From contig OZ240248.1 of NCBI GenBank assembly GCA_965198235.1, forward strand, positions 4,000,001 to 4,064,000: 64,000 bases of DNA, given 5' to 3'. Shown here piece after piece: positions 9,311 through 19,774 of this stretch; the first letter of the stretch is position 1, and every line of letters starts with the position of its first letter. A program made the translations under genes and the position numbers. Source of the stretch: Candidatus Poribacteria bacterium (GTDB taxonomy: Bacteria; Poribacteria; WGA-4E; WGA-3G). A model generated the notes under the pieces. That model saw only the letters and a list, made by a program, of their open reading frames with translations, searched no databases and was not told the DNA's origin.

Positions 9311-9339
9311 ATTGTAAATTTTTAACGAAAATTTGTCAA
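9311..9339 (-). promoter_or_regulatory. sigma70 promoter of paralog 3
   Basis: TTGACA-17-TACAAT on minus strand. Confidence 0.65.
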
Positions 9340-9376
9340 GTCCGTAAGAAAAAAGGGGGTGTAAAGTTAAGGAGTG

Positions 9377-11194
9377 TTATGATGGATACGCATCCAAAGC
9401 CGCCTGCCATTTGGTAAGCTGCGCGACGCGCTGCTGCGCATCTGTCGGCACCTTAAAGGGTCTGCCGCGAGTATCAATGACCAATCCAACGACACCACCC
9501 ATCGCCTCCGCTTCAACAGCGTGTCCATTCCCCGCGCCGACATCAAATCGCCGTGAAGGTTGGAGTTTTAATGATGCCTTTTCGCCCAAAGGTAGCGGAT
9601 AGAGACGGAGTTCACCGTAAGGGACATCTTCCGTAACTGGTGGGTTGCCTGCAATACTAATTTCAATCGAAAGACACGTTTCACCTACCTTAGCAACACC
9701 GACCGGTGCGATAGCGGTTCCCAAATGGATAAGGCAATCCCGTTCAAAGACCTGCGTCGCGGCTTCTGGGTTGACCTGCGCCAAGACACCGAGCTGTGGC
9801 ATCATGAAAATGCTATCTACGGCGAGATGGGTTATGCCTTCAGGTTGAAAAGCATCTATCATCATAAGCATAGCTTGCTGACGCCGGGGTGCGTGCGATA
9901 AAACACCTCCGCTTCCGACGAGCATATCTAAGGAGAGCATATCAACAAGGGTTTGACCGCTTTCCGCTTGATCGAAGGCTTCAGAGATCGTCCGTTGTTG
10001 CTGGACACCGCGCAATTCTACGGCGAGTTGCTTGTGCTGTTCAAAAGCGAGTCGGAGTGCTTCACGTGCAATCGCTTGTTCAAGAATCAGTTCTTGCAAC
10101 GTTTGTGGGATTGTCGTTGGTCGAATCATCTTGTTTTTGATTCGGTTGCGGAGGTCGCCAACCTCAATATCAAACGGAACCCAACGGAGAACGTTTTCTA
10201 AACCCGCTTCAGCAAGGACATTGGAAACACTGTAACTCATACCGAGATTGGCACTCACAGTGCGGTTAAAAATAGATTCCGCTTCTCTGTTTTTAAAGAC
10301 GGAAAACACATCAGTCGTTGCCCCACCGATGTCAACACCGACGACTTCAATATCCTGTTCTGCGGAGACGGTCTGAATGATCTCACCGACTGCTCCGGGG
10401 GTCGGCATAATAGGTGCATCTGTCCAGTCGATGAGTTTCCTGTAACCGGGCGCGTGTGCCATAACGTGCTCGAGGAATTGGTCCTGAATCTTGTGGCGCG
10501 TCGGCATGAGGTTTTCACGCTCTAAAACCGGACGGAGGTTCTCTACCATCTCCAGTGCCATCACATCTTGCAAGCGTTCTGTAATTGACTCGCGTGCGTC
10601 TATGTTCCCAGCATAGATGAGGGGAAGTTCATAAGCGATGCCCAAGCGTGGCCTGGGACGCGCGGCAGCGATAATCTCAGCCAATTCAACGACGTGCGAG
10701 GTTGTCCCACCGTCAACACCACCCGATAGGAGCAGCATATCGGGACGTAGATGCCGGATACGTTCAATTTTTTCGTGCGGAAGGCGTTTATCGTTGGAAG
10801 CAATGACATCCATAACGATTGCACCTGCACCGAGCGCGGCACGCTCCGCGCTTTCAGCGGTCAAATTGCGTACAACGCCTGCTACCATCATCTGAAGTCC
10901 GCCACCGGCACTACTGGTTGATATGTAGATATCGACCCCTTCATCTCCGCGTTGTGGTTTGAGGAGCACACCGTCATCGAGAAGTTTACGTCCTGCAAGT
11001 TCCTCAACTTCAGTGATGGCATTGATAACACCCGCCGTTACATCCTCGACAGGCGCTTCGACCGTGGTAGGTGCCTCACCACGCACGATGAGTTGGTATT
11101 CCTCACCTCTTTTCTCAATTAGAATTGCTTTCGTTGTTGTGCTACCACAATCAGTAGCAAGAATAGAACGGATGTCCTCCGCGGGTTTGTTCAT
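9377..11194 (-). CDS. glmL: glutamate mutase L (GlmL-like) ASKHA ATPase family protein
   Basis: TDCGSTTTK, TSSAGGGL, VDIGGATTDV, RTVSANLG motifs. Confidence 0.75.
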   Translation of the reverse strand: MNKPAEDIRSILATDCGSTTTKAILIEKRGEEYQLIVRGEAPTTVEAPVEDVTAGVINAITEVEELAGRKLLDDGVLLKPQRGDEGVDIYISTSSAGGGLQMMVAGVVRNLTAESAERAALGAGAIVMDVIASNDKRLPHEKIERIRHLRPDMLLLSGGVDGGTTSHVVELAEIIAAARPRPRLGIAYELPLIYAGNIDARESITERLQDVMALEMVENLRPVLERENLMPTRHKIQDQFLEHVMAHAPGYRKLIDWTDAPIMPTPGAVGEIIQTVSAEQDIEVVGVDIGGATTDVFSVFKNREAESIFNRTVSANLGMSYSVSNVLAEAGLENVLRWVPFDIEVGDLRNRIKNKMIRPTTIPQTLQELILEQAIAREALRLAFEQHKQLAVELRGVQQQRTISEAFDQAESGQTLVDMLSLDMLVGSGGVLSHAPRRQQAMLMMIDAFQPEGITHLAVDSIFMMPQLGVLAQVNPEAATQVFERDCLIHLGTAIAPVGVAKVGETCLSIEISIAGNPPVTEDVPYGELRLYPLPLGEKASLKLQPSRRFDVGAGNGHAVEAEAMGGVVGLVIDTRGRPFKVPTDAQQRVAQLTKWQAALDAYPS

Positions 11195-11277
11195 GCACTC
11201 GATCTCCCGTTTTCAGATTTTATATGCATTAATCAGAGCGATCTAACTTGTTACGATTCGGAGATCGCTCCTACGGA

Positions 11278-12072
11278 TTAATAGCCCAATTGGTGCAGAT
11301 ACTCGCGGTTCACCGTCATTCGCTCAAGATCCGAACGTTCCTCAACCTGTCCAGGGCATGCGGTAACCCAGCGGTCATAATTGAGTTCCGCCAGTGTCGA
11401 CATAATTCCGGGGAAATCCATGACAGTGCCGGCACCGACATCTACCCAACCCACATCGTAAGGCGTGTCGTCACCGCCGCCGGTTACGCTACAATAATCT
11501 TGCAGGTGGACGTAGACGAGGACATCGCTATAACGTCGAATGGATTCAATCGGATCGTACCCCCAGAGTGCGGAATGTGACACATCTATACACAACTTAC
11601 ACTTTCGGAGGAGGCTCATATATTTTGCCCAGTCGTCGATCGAATCTACTGTAGTATTGGTATGGATATGATAACAGACATCCAAGCCATATTGTGCGGC
11701 GTATTCCGCCCACTCTTCGGAGACATCGGCGAGTGCGGCGAGATCTGAATTATTCACTGGACGGTCTTGGGGTTTTCCCGCACCCATAAACATGAAACAA
11801 TCGGCTTCAACTTCTGCAGCGAAGTCAATACGCCGTCTGTTGAGTTCCATCTGTTCTGTATTTTTGTCGATCGGCAGTCCGCGTGCTGTTACGGCGGCGA
11901 TAGGTAAATCCGTATTGCTGCATACTTGTCGAATGTGTTGCGGTGTGCCTACCCAGTCCAGGGATTGCCGCATCTCCCAACCGTCCCATCCTGCATCCTT
12001 CAGTTGCGTCAATAATTCCTCAAAATCTGGTGTCTGCCAGCGTAATGTACTATATCCAAATTTGAAACCCAT
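11278..12072 (-). CDS. sugar phosphate isomerase/epimerase (xylose isomerase-like TIM barrel)
   Basis: GWDGWE, CYHIH, CIDVSH, YVHLQD, GAGTVMDF. Confidence 0.75.
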   Translation of the reverse strand: MGFKFGYSTLRWQTPDFEELLTQLKDAGWDGWEMRQSLDWVGTPQHIRQVCSNTDLPIAAVTARGLPIDKNTEQMELNRRRIDFAAEVEADCFMFMGAGKPQDRPVNNSDLAALADVSEEWAEYAAQYGLDVCYHIHTNTTVDSIDDWAKYMSLLRKCKLCIDVSHSALWGYDPIESIRRYSDVLVYVHLQDYCSVTGGGDDTPYDVGWVDVGAGTVMDFPGIMSTLAELNYDRWVTACPGQVEERSDLERMTVNREYLHQLGY

Positions 12073-12172
12073 GCTGTTTCCTCCTGTACGATACGATTTC
12101 AGTTCAGGGACACATAGTTCCTATCATAAATATATTATAGCACAATTGCAAATTTATATCACAATGCATATC

Positions 12173-12250
12173 ACACAGATGTCGCCCCGCTGGGGCTAAA
12201 GAGAAGGGAGTAGGCTTTTTCTATACACATATCGCCCCGCTGGGGCTAAA
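12173..12250 (+). repeat. tandem palindromic repeat pair (50-bp period)
   Basis: ACA(G/C)AT(G/A)TCGCCCCGCTGGGGCTAAA twice; related pair at 51194-51276. Confidence 0.75.
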
Positions 12251-12415
12251 AGCGTTGTTGACGTGTTTCTATAAATAGGTTACCTCTATAAGCCCGAAGA
12301 AACGAAATGTCATATACAATTTCAAAAAATTTATTGCTATATAACAGATGGTTTTGTTAAACTATATCCGTGAAACTTAGGGATTTCCCGTAATTACCCA
12401 TTTTAAGGAGAAAAT

Positions 12416-13381
12416 ATGGATAAAGTGAAACTCGGTTTTATCGGAACCGGCGGTATGGCGAGCGCACACATGCGCAACCTCAAAGACGGCTTTGAGGATG
12501 TCGAATTTAGCGCGATGTGCGACATTTCGGAAGACCGAGCAAAACAGCGTGCCGAAGAATTCGGCGGCAACGCTTACAGCGACTACCGAGTCATGTATGA
12601 TAAAGAGGAGTTAGACGCGGTTTATATCTGTACGCCACCCTTCGCACACGGCGAACAGGAACGCATCGCTTGTGAAAAAGGCATCGCGATGTTTATTGAA
12701 AAGCCGATCCATTCCGAGTTAGAACCGGCGATCATCATTAATGAATACGTTGAACAGACCGGCGTGATCACGAGTGTGGGTTACCATTGGCGTTACGGTG
12801 GCAATGCACAGCATGCGAAAGCGATGCTTGAAGAGCAACCGCAAATTCTTGGTGCCCTCGGCTATTGGATGGGTGGGATGCCCGGTACACCGTGGTGGCG
12901 CGTCCGCGCAGAATCTGGCGGGCAGCACGTCGAACAGACAACACACATCTTCGATTTGGCACGGTTTCTCGTCGGTAGCGATGGGAAGAGCGTCCATGGC
13001 GTTGCCGCGAGCGGTAGCATGGCGCATATTGAAAACTATGACATAGACGACATCAGCATGGTGAACATTGAATTCAAGAACGGTGCTGTTGCGAACATCG
13101 TCTCGGCTTGTGCGATGGAAGGTTTCGGTCGCGTGCATCTTGAAGTTTTCACACGTGGGCTCGTTGTTACCGTCGGTGGTCCGAACAATGTGAACCGAGG
13201 CGGAGAGACAGAATCGCTCTCGAACGAAGACGGACAGGACCGGGATCGTGTTTTTATTGATGCCGTAAAGACGGGTGACACCTCACAGATTTTATCACCT
13301 TACAGCGATGCGTTAGAGACGCTCCGTATCATGCTCGCCGCGAGTACCTCCTTCCGCACGGGTAAGGCGGTAGACCTTTAA
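12416..13381 (+). CDS. Gfo/Idh/MocA family oxidoreductase
   Basis: GFIGTGGMA Rossmann motif, ICTPPFAH, FIEKP, EQTTHIFD. Confidence 0.9.
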   Translation: MDKVKLGFIGTGGMASAHMRNLKDGFEDVEFSAMCDISEDRAKQRAEEFGGNAYSDYRVMYDKEELDAVYICTPPFAHGEQERIACEKGIAMFIEKPIHSELEPAIIINEYVEQTGVITSVGYHWRYGGNAQHAKAMLEEQPQILGALGYWMGGMPGTPWWRVRAESGGQHVEQTTHIFDLARFLVGSDGKSVHGVAASGSMAHIENYDIDDISMVNIEFKNGAVANIVSACAMEGFGRVHLEVFTRGLVVTVGGPNNVNRGGETESLSNEDGQDRDRVFIDAVKTGDTSQILSPYSDALETLRIMLAASTSFRTGKAVDL

Positions 13382-13439
13382 ATTTGAACCTTGAGGGGCG
13401 GTTTTTGCGCCGTCCCAACACAACAAGAAAGAGTGAATT

Positions 13440-14195
13440 ATGCCAATTAATCAATCTATCTGTTTTGGCGGCTTCAGCCGTGGCAGAGATCCAATAGAAG
13501 TCATCAAGAAAACCGCTGAAATCGGTTATAAATCCATTGAAATGCTACCCGCAGAATACTGGTCGGTCGTCCAGGACCACGGGATGCGCGTCGCGATTAT
13601 TAGTGGACACTCGTCCCTTCCATCTGGATTGAACGATCCGAACAACCATGACCGGATTGAAGATGAAATCCTTCAGAATATCGACATCGCGGCGGAAAAC
13701 GACATCCCCGGGCTCATCTGTTTTTCTGGAAACCGAGAAGGCAGATCGGACGAAGAAGGACGCGATAACACAATAGCAGGCTTGTCGCGCGTTACCAAAG
13801 CCGCCGAGGAGAAAGGGATCAATCTCTGTGTCGAGTTGCTCAACAGTAAAGTCAATCATCCGGATTATCAATGCGATAAGACGGAATGGGGTGTTGAGGT
13901 TTGCAAAGGGGTAGGTTCACCACGAGCGCAGCTGCTTTACGACATCTACCACATGCAGATTATGGAAGGCGACCTGATCCGTAACATCACGGATTACAGT
14001 GATTATATCGGGCACTACCATACCGCAGGTAACCCCGGACGCCACGACCTCGATGACGAGCAAGAGATTTACTATCCTGCCGTGATGCGCGCTATCGTAA
14101 ACACCGGATACGAACTCTACGTGGGACATGAATTCGGTCCCAAAGGGGACGCATTCGATGCGATGCAACACGCTTATGATGTTTGTAACGTCTAA
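13440..14195 (+). CDS. hydroxypyruvate isomerase family protein
   Basis: VELLNSKVNHPDYQCD, LLYDIYHMQIMEGD, HYHTAGNPGRH, GHEF. Confidence 0.85.
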   Translation: MPINQSICFGGFSRGRDPIEVIKKTAEIGYKSIEMLPAEYWSVVQDHGMRVAIISGHSSLPSGLNDPNNHDRIEDEILQNIDIAAENDIPGLICFSGNREGRSDEEGRDNTIAGLSRVTKAAEEKGINLCVELLNSKVNHPDYQCDKTEWGVEVCKGVGSPRAQLLYDIYHMQIMEGDLIRNITDYSDYIGHYHTAGNPGRHDLDDEQEIYYPAVMRAIVNTGYELYVGHEFGPKGDAFDAMQHAYDVCNV

Positions 14196-14216
14196 GCGGA
14201 CTTCGGACAAATTGCA

Positions 14217-14248
14217 AGGGCAGGTCACCGCGCCTGCCCTATTTTTTT
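14217..14248 (+). terminator. intrinsic terminator
   Basis: AGGGCAGG-loop-CCTGCCCT followed by ATTTTTTT. Confidence 0.75.
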
Positions 14249-14250
14249 AT

Positions 14251-14450
14251 TATAGTAAAGCCCGAAAATATATTGACAGTTGTTCAGCGAACGAACCCCA
14301 CACGGTCTCCGCTGGCGAGGTGTTTTTGATAGGGTGTTTTTGCTTGGGTGTTTCTGTGGATTTCTGCGGATTTCTGCGGATTTCCCTGCGGATTTCCCCT
14401 AAGTATCCTCGCCTCCCCGTAATGTCCAAGTAATTGTAGATTTTACTATA
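14251..14450. mobile_element. MITE-like element with imperfect ~28-bp TIRs enclosing an expanded REP
   Basis: TATAGTAAAGCCCGAAAATATATTGACA ... TGTCCAAGTAATTGTAGATTTTACTATA; internal GGCGAGG/CCTCGCC palindrome with 86-nt repeat insert. Confidence 0.55.
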
Positions 14451-14502
14451 ACAAAACGTGGATTCAATGCTATAATTGAGATGTAGTTGTTATGCACGTT
14501 TC

Positions 14503-14548
14503 GTCTGAATCGCGGATTTGCACAGATTTATCGGATTACGCGGATTTT
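14503..14548 (-). repeat. 9-mer tandem (AATCCGCG-type) intergenic repeat ending in ATTCAGAC
   Basis: Same family at ~50220-50263, ~51448-51493, ~51552-51585. Confidence 0.65.
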
Positions 14549-14707
14549 AAGGATACTGCACATCGCTCACATAAATGCGTAACCCAAAAATAGATGATTC
14601 GGCGGCATTCGTTCACCCACGAAATTTTGGACAATTCAATGTGAAACTATGGCAATTGAAATGGAACAACCACCTAAAACCGATAACGGTTAAAGGAGGA
14701 ATTTAAA

Positions 14708-15514
14708 ATGCGGAACGGAATTAAGAGGTTACTTTTCGTCTCTATCGTTTTTATTGCGTTGAGTTCTATCGCTGTTGCGAGTCTTAAAGATGGGTTACTC
14801 GGATATTGGCCTCTTGATGAGGCAGACGGAAAAACTGCAGCGGATTCGAGCGGAAACGGGAACGATGCAACGCTTAAAGGGAACGGTGTCAAATGGAAAC
14901 CCAACGGTGGGAAACTCGGCGGTGCCTTGGAATTTGATGGTGGTGGCGATGCCGCAGAAGACGATAACGGCGTAGACTATATCAATGGGCTCACTGCTTT
15001 GACCGTTGCCGTTTGGGTTAAGTCTGCTGAAACCCCATCCGACCGAGGATTCATCGATGGACGCGATCCCGGTGGCGACGATACCGTCCTCTCGTTGCGA
15101 TATGATGCAGCGGGTTTTGAAGCCGGGGGTAGTGATCTTGTGAAAGCCGGTATTACCACAACAGGCGGGATTCAACGGCTTGAGACCTCAAGTGACGTGC
15201 AGACGGAGTCCTGGCAACACTTCGCCTTGACGTGGAGCAGTGGCAACGAACTGGCACTCTACATCGACGGTGAACTCGATACACCCACCTTTAACAGTCC
15301 AGCGACCAAAGGAAAGTTGACGGATGCCACCAAATTGGTCATAGGCAAAGGCGAGAAGGACCAAGGGCGTTCGTGGAGCGGACTCATTGACGATGTCCGT
15401 ATTTACGACAGAGTCTTAGATGACGCAGAGATTGCAGACCTTGCGGCGGGTGTGCTTGCGGTTGAAGCAAGTGGAAAGTTAGCAACCGTTTGGGGACATC
15501 TCAAGCAAAAGTGA
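14708..15514 (+). CDS. LamG-like jellyroll secreted protein with C-terminal AVEASGKLATVW motif
   Basis: LLGYWPLDE, ALEFDG, WQHFALTW, LYIDG, GLIDDVRIYDRVL. Confidence 0.85.
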   Translation: MRNGIKRLLFVSIVFIALSSIAVASLKDGLLGYWPLDEADGKTAADSSGNGNDATLKGNGVKWKPNGGKLGGALEFDGGGDAAEDDNGVDYINGLTALTVAVWVKSAETPSDRGFIDGRDPGGDDTVLSLRYDAAGFEAGGSDLVKAGITTTGGIQRLETSSDVQTESWQHFALTWSSGNELALYIDGELDTPTFNSPATKGKLTDATKLVIGKGEKDQGRSWSGLIDDVRIYDRVLDDAEIADLAAGVLAVEASGKLATVWGHLKQK

Positions 15515-15728
15515 TAGGCTTGTCGTCTACGGAACCTTAACACGCCTCTTTTTGACACTCTACTTCCTAAGGGAATAAGAAAAAAATTCACATAGGACTT
15601 ATGCAGACAAGCGATAAATCGCCTCACTACCAACAGATACACCTTGGAAATACGGGTGTTCCTCAAAAGCGGTGTGGTTCGTAGTGGCGCAATTCATTGC
15701 GCCTTGCGTAAGTCCTGTCACATTTACC

Positions 15729-18139
15729 ATGACTCCTGAAAAGCAAGCCAGACGCAACATAGACAGTATGCTTGAAGCAGCGGGTTGGCACGTCCAAAAT
15801 CACGCCGGGCATAACACCGCTGCTGCATCTGGTGCTGCGGTTCGAGAATATCCGTTGAAGGCAGATCAGAGGGCTGATTATCTCCTGTTTATCAATGGAG
15901 CTGCAGTTGGTGTTATAGAAGCCAAACCAGAAGGGACAACTCTCAGCGGAGCCCTCCAACAGGCACAACGGTATCGAGCAAGTTTGCCGGATAACTTACG
16001 TCACCTCGCCGGATTTCCCTTTTCCTATGCATCAACAGGGGGTGAGACTTATTTTCGGGATATTCGAGATCCGGATTCTCGCTCACGGGAAATTTTTACA
16101 TTCCATACACCGGAGACCCTCTCTCACCAAGCCACCGAATCGAGAACGCTACAGGAGCGACTCACAGATGATTTGCCTCCATTAGCAAGAGGTAGCCTGA
16201 GAAATTGCCAGTTTGAGGCAATAACCAACCTTGAAGAATCTTTGAAGGAAGCGCGCCCGCGCGCCTTAATTCAGATGGCGACCGGTAGTGGGAAAACCTA
16301 CGCTGCCGTAAGTGCTGTTTACCGACTCATCCGATTTGCTGGGATTAGACGTGTCCTTTTTCTCGTAGACCGACGGAATCTTGGCAGGCAGGCTCTTCGC
16401 GAGTTTCAGGCTTACACACCTCCCGATGACAATTCAAAATTCACGGAACTCTACAACGTTCAACATCTCGCCAGCAACACAATTGATTCGGTAAGTCAGG
16501 TCTGTATTACTACACTGCAACGACTCTACTCTATGCTGAAAGGCGATCCCGACTATGAGACAGAGGAAGAGGAGGTTTCCCTTTTGAAAACGAGGAGGAA
16601 CAAACGGCAGAAGTTACCTATAATCCATCAATTCCTATTGATACCTTTGACGTTATTATCGTTGATGAATGCCATCGTTCCATCTACGGCAGATGGCGAC
16701 AGGTGCTGGAATACTTCGACGCATTCATTGTTGGACTGACCGCAACTCCGTATAGACAAACGATCGGCTTTTTTGATCACAATCTCGTTTATGAATACCG
16801 TCACTTGGAGGCTGTCTCGGATAATGTGAACGTTGGTTATTACGTTTATCAGATTCAAACCGAAATTACGCAAAGTGGTAGCCGTATTGAGGCGGGACAT
16901 TATGTAGCAAGACGGGATAGACAAAGTCGTCAGCTCCACTGGGATGAACTGGATGCCGATCTCGAATACTCTGAGAGGGAATTGGACAGGGCTGTGGTCG
17001 CCATAGACCAGATCCGAAAAGTGATCCAAGGCTTCGAGGAAAAACTTTTCACAGAGTTATTTCCTTATAGACACGTTGTCCCGAAAACCCTTATCTTTGC
17101 CAAAGACGATTCACACGCCGAGGATATTGTTCATATTGTCCGAGAGGTATTCACTAAAGGAGACGAATTTTGCCAGAAAATTACCTACCAGAGCGACAAA
17201 CCAGAGGAACTCATCGCACAATTTCGCAATGATCCGATTTTCCGAATCGCTGTGAGCGTTGACATGATTTCCACCGGCACCGATATTAAACCGCTTGAAT
17301 GCCTGCTTTTTATGCGGGCTGTTCGATCAAGTGGCTATTTTGAGCAGATGAAGGGACGCGGTGTGCGGACTATCAATATAGATGATCTGCGCGCAGTCAC
17401 CGGCGACGCGACTGCCAAAACACACTTTATTATCGTTGATGCTGTCGGGGTCTGCGACTCAGTGAAAACCGATTCACAACCGCTCCCAGGGGATCTACCT
17501 TCTGGTGAACCCCCCGAACCCACTGGAACGGATAGAGACCAGCTGATTGACGAAATTAGTGAAGATCGAGTTATTGATGCCGGATTTGACGATCAAAGTT
17601 CCTCACAATCAATTACGGTCATTCACACCTTTAAACAGTTTATTGACCAAAACTTGGATGAATTGTCAGCGTTACAAATTCTCTATAACCGTCCGGAGGC
17701 AGAAGGTTCGCTTAATGAAGACGGCTTAATTGCGTTGGAAGAATCATTACAACGATATTCAAACGGACTGTCTTGCGAGGCCTTATGGTTTGCCTACCAA
17801 CAGAGATTTCCGAACCGCGTTCAAGGCAACGTTGAACGGCGTACAGACCTGATACCCCTCATCCGGTTTGCTATTGGCGAGAGCAATTTCCTTGAGCCTT
17901 TCAGTGTAACTGTCAATCGAAACTTTGAAGAATGGATAACCGATAAATATTTCACGCCAGAACAACACGAGTGGCTTAAATTGATTCGTGACCACATCGC
18001 CACCTCGCTTGACATTCGGATGGATGATTTTGAGTACACCCCCTTTGCTGAACACGGGAATGGTGCGAAAGTCTACCAACTCTTCGGCGATGATTTAGAC
18101 GATATTTTAAGGGATCTCACAGAGAAATTGATCACCTAA
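15729..18139 (+). pseudogene. hsdR: type I restriction enzyme R subunit, split by a 1-nt frameshift at ~16582-16585
   Basis: 5' part: VIEAK nuclease motif, QMATGSGKT, LFLVDRRNL. Second frame after CTTTTGAAAAC reads YNPSIPIDTFDVIIVDECHRSIY, then GLTATP, STGTDIKPLE, FEQMKGRG. Confidence 0.85.
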
Positions 18140-18322
18140 TACTCCCTTGTAGGTAAGACGTTTTGTCTTGAAAAACGACTTGAATTCAAATAGAATTTGT
18201 AGTAAACTTGTAGCAACACGAGACGTTTAACGTGAAATAGACACAAAAGAGATTTTCATAGATGTTAACTTCATTTGCTAATGATTTGCGAAAATGAACT
18301 TAAACTAAATGATAGGATTATA

Positions 18323-19603
18323 ATGAATCCAATGGGCTTACCTCTGAACTGGCAGACCGTAAAATTTGGGGACGTTGCCACATTTACCAAAAAGCCAAAA
18401 GACTTACGATATTCTGAATATAATGAAGTCCCGTTCGTGCCGATGAACTTGATTCCCATTGCCACGTTATTTTCAAAGGAATTTATACTCAAACCATCAG
18501 ACACACTCAGTAGCGGAACTTACTTTGAACCAGGGGATATTCTGCTGGCAAAAATCACACCGTCTTTTGAAAATGGTAAACAGTGTATCATTCAGGAATT
18601 ACCAATGCCATTTGGTATTGCAACAACTGAGGTAATTCCAATTCGTGAAGTTGAAGGTGTTAGTGATAAATTCTATCTTTTTTATTATTTGTTGCTTCCC
18701 GATGTGCGCGCTTTGCTTACAGAGAGAATGCAAGGCACAACGGGTAGATTGCGCTTAGGTCCTAAAACACTTGCTGAGTTGGAAATTCCGCTGCCACCGT
18801 TAGCAGAGCAAAAGCGTATTGTTGCCAAGATAGAGACGCTTTTTACACAATTAGACGCAGCGGTTGATAGTCTAAAAAAAACGCAAGTGCAACTGCAACG
18901 TTATCGTCGATCGCTCCTCAAAGCTGCTTTTGAAGGGGAATTGACAATGGAGTGGCGCGAAAGGCATTCGGGTGAGTCTCAATCGGTGGAGGACTCAAAT
19001 AGATTACCCAAAGACTGGGAAAGGACAAAAGTTGGATGTGTTATAAAAAACGTATCACTAACTGGAAAGAAACTAAAAAAAAAGGACTATGAACTTGACG
19101 GAGAATTACCAGTAATAGATCAGGGATTATCCTTTATTGGTGGATATACAAACAACGAAGAATTAAAGGTTGAATGCGAACTACCAGTAATTGTTTTTGG
19201 AGATCATACTAAGGCAATTAAATATGTAGACTTTGACTTTGTAGGCGGAGCCGATGGAATAAAGGTGATAAAATCTCAAGAAATGTACCATCCGAAACTG
19301 TTTTATTATTTTATCAGGGCAATCTCACTTCCGGACAGAGGATATTCCCGACACTTTCAATTTTTGGAAAAGGCACAGATACCTATCCCACCGCTTACTG
19401 AACAAGTACAAATAATTTTTGAACTTGAGCGTTGTTTTTCTGTTGCCGATGAGGTCGAAGCCACAATTACCTCTGAACTGAGACGCGCCGAACGTTTACG
19501 GCAGTCTATCCTCAAGCATGCGTTCTCTGGTAAACTTGTTTCGCAAAACCCGAACGATGAACCGGTAGAGATCCTTCTGGCACGCATTAAAGCAGAAAGC
19601 TAA
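18323..19603 (+). CDS. hsdS: type I R-M specificity subunit
   Basis: Two TRDs with IPLPPLAEQKRIV / IPIPPLTEQ and SLLKAAFEGELT / SILKHAFSGKLV repeats. Confidence 0.9.
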   Translation: MNPMGLPLNWQTVKFGDVATFTKKPKDLRYSEYNEVPFVPMNLIPIATLFSKEFILKPSDTLSSGTYFEPGDILLAKITPSFENGKQCIIQELPMPFGIATTEVIPIREVEGVSDKFYLFYYLLLPDVRALLTERMQGTTGRLRLGPKTLAELEIPLPPLAEQKRIVAKIETLFTQLDAAVDSLKKTQVQLQRYRRSLLKAAFEGELTMEWRERHSGESQSVEDSNRLPKDWERTKVGCVIKNVSLTGKKLKKKDYELDGELPVIDQGLSFIGGYTNNEELKVECELPVIVFGDHTKAIKYVDFDFVGGADGIKVIKSQEMYHPKLFYYFIRAISLPDRGYSRHFQFLEKAQIPIPPLTEQVQIIFELERCFSVADEVEATITSELRRAERLRQSILKHAFSGKLVSQNPNDEPVEILLARIKAES

Positions 19604-19605
19604 TA

Positions 19606-19634
19606 TTGCATTGCATCAAAATCTGTGATAAAAT
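19606..19634 (+). promoter_or_regulatory. internal promoter for TA cassette
   Basis: TTGCAT-17-TAAAAT with TG extended -10 element, right after hsdS stop. Confidence 0.5.
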
Positions 19635-19774
19635 AAAATTAAACGTTACGTACCTGCTACTACTTGTTTGTTAAACGCCTTAATTAAATGTCGAGTTTTT
19701 GACTCACCAACGTCCATGCCTCAGAGGCTATCACGGACGATTTCCACTTGGCGAAATTTGGGAGGCGAAGTAAA

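Noticed and set aside
12173-12300. Possible CRISPR array
   Set aside because: Spacers only ~20 nt, no ATTGAAA(C/G)-type end, and diverged copies dispersed elsewhere; treated as REP-like repeat
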